DNA from: Chrysomallon squamiferum
Lineage: Eukaryota; Animalia; Mollusca
DNA: 64,000 bases
NCBI GenBank assembly: GCA_012295275.1
Contig: CM022672.1
Location: forward strand, 6,076,001 to 6,140,000
Reading direction: 5' to 3'
Every line of letters begins with the position of its first letter. Position 1 is the stretch's first letter. The notes below the pieces were generated by a model. That model had not been told where the DNA came from. It did no database searches and saw only the letters and a program-made list of their open reading frames with translations. The position numbers and the translations under genes were made by a program. This document shows, piece by piece, positions 57,597-64,000 of this stretch.

Positions 57597-58059
57597 GACA
57601 CTTTGTTAAATGCAGGTTAAAAAGCACCAAATGCTCTGTTGTTGAGCGAGCGAGCGACATTCCAGTGTTGAAAAATAGCATTCAGTAATAAGACAGCAGA
57701 AATCCCATGCTTGAAGAAACAGGTTTGTTCTCAGAAGGGTAGTTTTGTTATGCTTGTGTAGATTTATTAATGGTATGAGGTCCTTAGGTCGTTTTACAGG
57801 AGGGCTCGAAAAAAAAAAAAAAAAAAAAACAATATCAACCTGACATCTTTTCTTGTTAGACACTTACGTACTGTCGTGTTTATTTTTTATTTTTTTTTAT
57901 AAATGTGTGCTTCTTTTTACTAAAGATAAATGGCTTTTTTTCTTTGTAGTCACTTCGTGTCGTTATAAGTTTGTAATTATTTGTAGACACTTAATATTTT
58001 TACAACGCGAAGATGAATTTCATCTTTCCTAAACTATGAGCAGGCAGTTAGTATTTCTT

Positions 58060-58236
58060 ACACTTAAACAATGAACACACACGATATTTCTTATACTGTA
58101 AATACACACGTAAACAATGAACACACACGATATTTCTTATACTGTAAATACACACTTAAACAATGAACACATACGATATTTCTTATACTGTAAATACACA
58201 CTTAAACAATGAACACACACGATATTTCTTATACTG
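58060..58236. repeat. 46-bp minisatellite, ~4 copies, in a field of degenerate ACACTTAATATTTCT subunits extending to ~58400
   Basis: TAAACAATGA at 58065, 58111, 58157 and 58203. Confidence 0.93.
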
Positions 58237-59189
58237 CGTGATGAGTAAACACTTAGTATTGCTTAAATTCTGAATATACGTGATATTTCTCACCTTATGA
58301 ATTGACATGATATTTCTCACATTATCAATGGTCACTTAATATTTTTTAATCTATGAAAGGAACACTTAATATTTCTTATATTATCAATATACACTTAATC
58401 TCCAAGAAAGCAATAACGCACGCACTCACACAAGCATACATGCATACATACATAAATACATACATGCATACATACATACGTAAATACATACATATAAACA
58501 TACATACATACATACATACATATACACATACACACAGAGCATGCATTTATAGTTTACATACAAAAATACAAAGAGACACTAACATATTCAAAAACATATA
58601 TGTATATTTATGTTATTGCCATATGAAAAAAAAAATTGTTAAGATATCCCTATTTATTTTCTATATTAAGTTTTTAAGAAAAGTTATTTTTGTTGTGTTT
58701 ATCGTTTTTCTTACCTGAAAATTAGTAACGCCCACTTAAGCTTTCTCTGTCGCACTCACACGCACACGCACGGGCACACACACACACATACATAGAGAGA
58801 GAATCACAGACAGAGAAAGAGAGAGTGTGAAAGAAAGACAGACAGACAGACAGACAGGCACAAATAGATACACATATCAAACAGTAATATGAGAGAAACT
58901 GGTATTCATGATTTACACGTATACACACAAACCTGTCTACAGTTACACTGGAACAGAACATTACAGTAACTTTACCTTGTTTAATGATATTACCAGTAGA
59001 TTACCCAGAGATGTTTAAAACATATTTTTCAGTGGAGTGCATGAATACTAACATGAAAACATAGACAAATATCATTTATACTGTTTTAAAATGCCTAAAG
59101 CAAGAGATAACACTCTATTTGAGATGTCTAATTAGAATTCGACAAACTTGACAGAACGATACCAATACAATAAAACGTATAAGAAACAT

Positions 59190-59683
59190 CCAGTAGAATA
59201 CTAAAACTAATCTGTCTCCCTCCTGTTAGTTGTTCCCAAAACAGATGTGTTTCAAACACCACTGGATATAACCACTTTTAGCCCGAATAAACAAATAGCA
59301 ATGATGATGATGATGATGATGATGATGACAAGATAACAACAACCACCGCCACCACAAAAAAAAAAAAAAAAAAAAAAAAAAATAATAATAAAAAAAAAAA
59401 AATAATAATAATAATAAAAAAAAAAAAAATAATAAAAATGATGGTAATGATGATGATGATGATGATGATGATGATAATAAACATATTAATAAAACTATAA
59501 TAATAATCTATTACTTCTGGTACTGGAAATGTTTTATGGTAATAATGGATTTGTATTTGCTACTAATACTGCTAAATTCTAATTACACATACAGAAGAAA
59601 AACATCGATGAAAACAAAAAGAAAAAATGAAGGAAAGAAAAATAATTTATTGTTATGTCAAAAACATCAGAGAAAGTGACTGC
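59190..59683 (+). repeat. Dispersed repeat, copy 2
   Basis: Direct-orientation homologue of 50261-50690, about 8.9 kb away. Confidence 0.9.
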
Positions 59684-60870
59684 AAAACTAGTGAATTTTC
59701 TAACTGCGTTTCTTTTCTTTCTTCTTTATAAAAAAACAACAAAAAAAAAAAAAAAAAAAAAAAAAAAACAAAAAAAAACCGTTGTAGATAATAACTATTC
59801 CATTACATCTGTCTTTATAGTAACATTCCAAATAATTATAGTACATGTAGTTGTAAGATATTTTGTGTAAAAGAATAATGTGTATCAAAAATGTAAAAAA
59901 TGTAAAATGAATAATGTGTATAAAAAAATGTAAAAACAAACAAAGAATACGATGTTATTTAATATTGTTAATATTGTTTAAATTGCATTTAACAAAGTGT
60001 CTTTTTTCATTCTTTTTCATTTTTTTAAGAAAAGAAAAGAAAAAAAAAAGAATCTAAATACTTTTTTCAGTCACCAAAGACGTGCATCCCACTTACTATC
60101 CAATATATGACATCACTCTGGTTACACGAAAACGCAATCACGCACACAAAATAAATCAAACATATACTAACTACAGACAAACACAAATATGGCTGTCAAA
60201 TCCTTTAAAATTATAATAAAATACTTTTATAATTTTTCAGTCTCTGTCTTCTTCTTTTTTTTTTTTTTTTTTTTTTTCTGTGTGTCCATGAATATACACT
60301 TAACACCAGCTTATACCTATTTATTCATTTTCGTTTTAAGTCGCGTTTTTCCGCAGATCACAAAACATTAAAGTCAGCCGATGCTGTTAACTGTTGCATA
60401 TGATTCGCAGGAAAAGATCTCTTTGATTCCAGTTGCTATTGGAAACGGGTCTCTTATGATTTAACGTCGAGGGTATAGAAATTAACTATTTATTTTATAC
60501 ATGCTTTGATGACTTCGTTATATCTTCTTTGTGCTTTTTCCCTCGAGCTAAAAAAAAAAAAAGAAAAAAAACAAATGTCCTGTTTACGTATAAACACTTC
60601 ACTTTGTTACGATTTCGCGAAGCATTTTTAATACTCTGGAAAGAAAATTAAAGTGTATCATTGCAGAATAATTAATTCATCGATAGCTATAGATAAGGAT
60701 AGTAATTAAATTTGTATTAACTTTGTTTCTTGTTTGCGCAAATTAACAATATCTGCATGAGAATGTGCGTGATTGTTAAGTTTGCTTTAATACATGTTCT
60801 TACTTTTATGATTACATTTCTACCCCAAAATATTTATTCTTTAATTTTTATGTACTTGGAATAAAGAAGG

Positions 60871-60905
<35 letters not shown>

Positions 60906-61226
60906 AAATACCAAAAAAAAAAAAAAAAATTAGAATTGGTATTCGTTTTTTTTTTTTTTATTTTTTTTTTTTTTCAAAAATAAAAATATAACTTTCAAGT
61001 TTATATTAAAATATATAAAAATATTTAACATTTTGTTTATTATTATCAGCTGAAAACAGTATAGAAATAGTGGCTGTAATAATATAAGCAGCAGTAGTGG
61101 TAGTAATAGAATAAATCGTAGAGTGGGAGAAGGCGTAGTAGTGGTAGGGGTTGTTGTAGTAGCTGTAGTAATAGTAGACGTAGAAGTAGCAGTATCAGCA
61201 GCAGATGTAATAGTAATAGTAGCCAA

Positions 61227-61283
<57 letters not shown>

Positions 61284-62499
61284 CAGTAGCAGTAGTTATT
61301 TATTCTTTTAGTAGTAGTATTAGATAGTAGTAAATTCAGATCAAACAGCAATAACAATAAATTATTTATTCTTTTTTTTGTGTTGTTAAATTTTTATCAA
61401 ACAATTTTTTTAATTATTATTTTTTTTTTGTTTTTGTTTTGTTGTTGTTGTTGTTTTTTGTTTTATGTTTTTTTTTTTTTTCGCAGCAAAGAGTCAAAGA
61501 GTTATTTCTCTGAGAGCATCGAGGCTGCGAGCTTTTAACGCCAGGTTGATCAATTTTTAAACTATTTCTTTACAAGCTAATCTGAAACACATATATATAT
61601 ATATATATATACACATATAATATGTACCAGTCTGTGTTCCTGCAAAATATGAACCAGAACATTGCTCCCGACCGTGAAAACGACGGACCGTATCTGCGAA
61701 CCAATCTGTAAGATTGCTGGCCGAATGCGTGTGTCGTGCCGGCCTCAGAACGAGGCTAGAACTTTTTTTTTATTGCCACCTTACAACGCTATCTGTCTTT
61801 TGCAATCGCTCGTATTGATTTTTCACCTGTTCACTTGCGAAAACTGTCGATGATAAGTGACTTCTTAGGACTCTAAAACTATATCGATAGATTTAGTTAT
61901 TCCCCCGACGAGCGAAACAGACCTCCTACATGAAAGTTTTATTATGTTATCGATCGGGAAATTTAATTAGCTTAATCACACTGTGTACCGCGCCAAGCCG
62001 TTATTTTCACCTCTAATTCTCAGGTGGAAAAAAATCGGACAATTAATTTTGTTTTAAGAGCCGCGCGTGTTCTCGTATCGCGTGCTGCCTGCAGTAATTA
62101 GTACACATTAATTTCAATATGAAGCTAAAGTGTCAATCAACAGTAAGGAATGAAGACGGCTTCCCAGGAGAAATCTACCTGGCTTTTACCTCGTGCAGGT
62201 TTCTTGTGGCGTGTTCACTGTAGTTTTTTCACTGACTTTTTCTTTTATTTTTATTTTCGTTTTTATTTTTTTTTTTTTTTTTAATTTCTTGCCAATCTGC
62301 GGTGCCTTTGTAAAGATGTTTTCTTCTGATTCGATGAAGTTCGATTTGTTTTGTTTTGCGATTTTTGTTTTCTATTTTTTTTTTTTTTTTTTTTTATTGA
62401 ACTCTAAAGGGAATGTGCAATGGCTATGATTAAACATTAGAAAGAACCGAGATGCCGTTTTATTATTTATATTAGCATGCATGCACGCACATACGCATA

Positions 62500-62691
62500 T
62501 ATGCCGCATGCGCATATATATGTGTATGTGTGTGTGTATGTATGTGTGTGTGTGTGTGTGTGTGTCCGTATTATATAAAATTCATATGTAAACATGTACG
62601 TATGTTTATGTATGTACGTATGTGTGTGCATGTAAATATTCCTGTGTATATGTGTGTATCTGTGTATAATGTGTGTATGTCTGCATGTGTA

Positions 62692-62745
<54 letters not shown>
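62500..62745. repeat. (TG)n/(TATG)n microsatellite field
   Basis: Directly visible. Confidence 0.92.
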
Positions 62746-62747
<2 letters not shown>

Positions 62748-64000
62748 TATATGTCAGAATTCCATGTATGCGTGTGTTTATGGGTAGATGTGTGATCTTC
62801 TGATTTTTATTTAGTTTTTGAAACGTACAAATAATTAAAAAGTTGAAGAAAGAATAATAAAACATAACTGTCTGTCTATTACATGATATAAAAATGTAAA
62901 ATAAAATAATTAAATACGCTTAGTTAGTTAGTCCATAAATAATTAATTTTAATATGTAAAAATAACATACAAATACATAAAACTAAAAAAAAAATTAAAA
63001 TTTTTTTTTTTTTAAAAATCCCCTTAAAATAAGGCATAAAAAAATAAAAATAAATGGCAATAGTAAATAAATAAATAAATAAATAAACAAACAAACAAAC
63101 AAATAAATAAATAAATAAACAAACAAACAAACAAATAAATAAATAAATAAACAAACAAACAAACAAACAAACAAGCAAACAAACAAATTAACAAACAAAT
63201 AAATAAATAAATGAATAAAACAAACAATTTATGGAATGCTGTTCTAAAGTAATATGATCACGAATTGTTGTTTCAAAATTTTTTTTTTTTTTTTTTTTTT
63301 TTTCTTAATCGAGCACATAACTTATTTTCCCTTTATTAAACTCATTGTTTCTGTTCTAAAGGTATCGTTCTGAGTATCTTAACGAGTGTTTCATGTGTGG
63401 GCTACTTTCAAAACCTGCCCGCGCCAGTGAAACTCTCGTTAGCCAAGTCTCTGCGTGCTTGGTGACAATATTTAGTTAATGTTTCTTATTGTTGCAATGT
63501 TTCTCCAAGTTATTTCAGTTATGTGGGCTGTTCTCAGTCGCTCACTTTTATATGAGACTTTTAGCGAACACAAAGTCGAATATTACAGATTCAAATTTAC
63601 CCTGTTTTTATAATCACCATTACTGTTCTGTTACTACGACTACTACGACTACTACGACTACTACTACTAGTCTACTGTTCATTTTATATTTTTCTAATGA
63701 ATTGTTAGTATTATATTCTTTTATATGACGTCTTTTATTACTGTGTATAGAATGTGTGTTTGTTAGTGTGAATAGGTGTATTCTGTCTTTATTTTATAGA
63801 TATAGATATACATATATCGTTCACTTTAATTGTGAATTTTATATAAACAAATCCATATCTTATGATTGACTATGTGACAGTTGATGAAATAAATATTTTC
63901 TTGAGTGCGTGCGTTCGTGCTTGCGTGCGTGCGTGCCTGTTTAAATTAAACTGTGATTCAGGGTAATGGAAGTTGTTGTTTTGATTAGTAATATAAGTCG

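Overview
AT-rich, microsatellite-dense animal DNA, not prokaryotic. The repeat style suggests a mollusc, possibly a gastropod, but this is a low-confidence recollection. Only one protein-coding gene is supportable: a three-exon BarH-like (Barhl/BarH) homeobox gene on the + strand. Its CDS is join(15586..15988, 25075..25300, 33305..33563), 888 nt and 295 aa, with canonical GT-AG introns of about 9.1 and 8.0 kb. The rest is a gene desert of simple repeats broken by about 20 CpG-rich, motif-dense islands that look like cis-regulatory modules. Also present are several minisatellites, decayed SINE/MITE-like elements, a ~260-bp foldback palindrome and a ~450-bp dispersed duplication. Most notable observations: (i) six sequence-unrelated tandem arrays of very different ages share a ~42-46-bp unit, and one shows a compensatory base-pair change in an internal hairpin; (ii) a K-box, Brd-box and GY-box trio lies just after the Barhl stop codon; (iii) a near-consensus CTCF motif lies upstream; (iv) all eight long CT/GA tracts share one orientation. 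Almost all other listed ORFs are microsatellite artefacts. No database search was run, and no novel system is proven.
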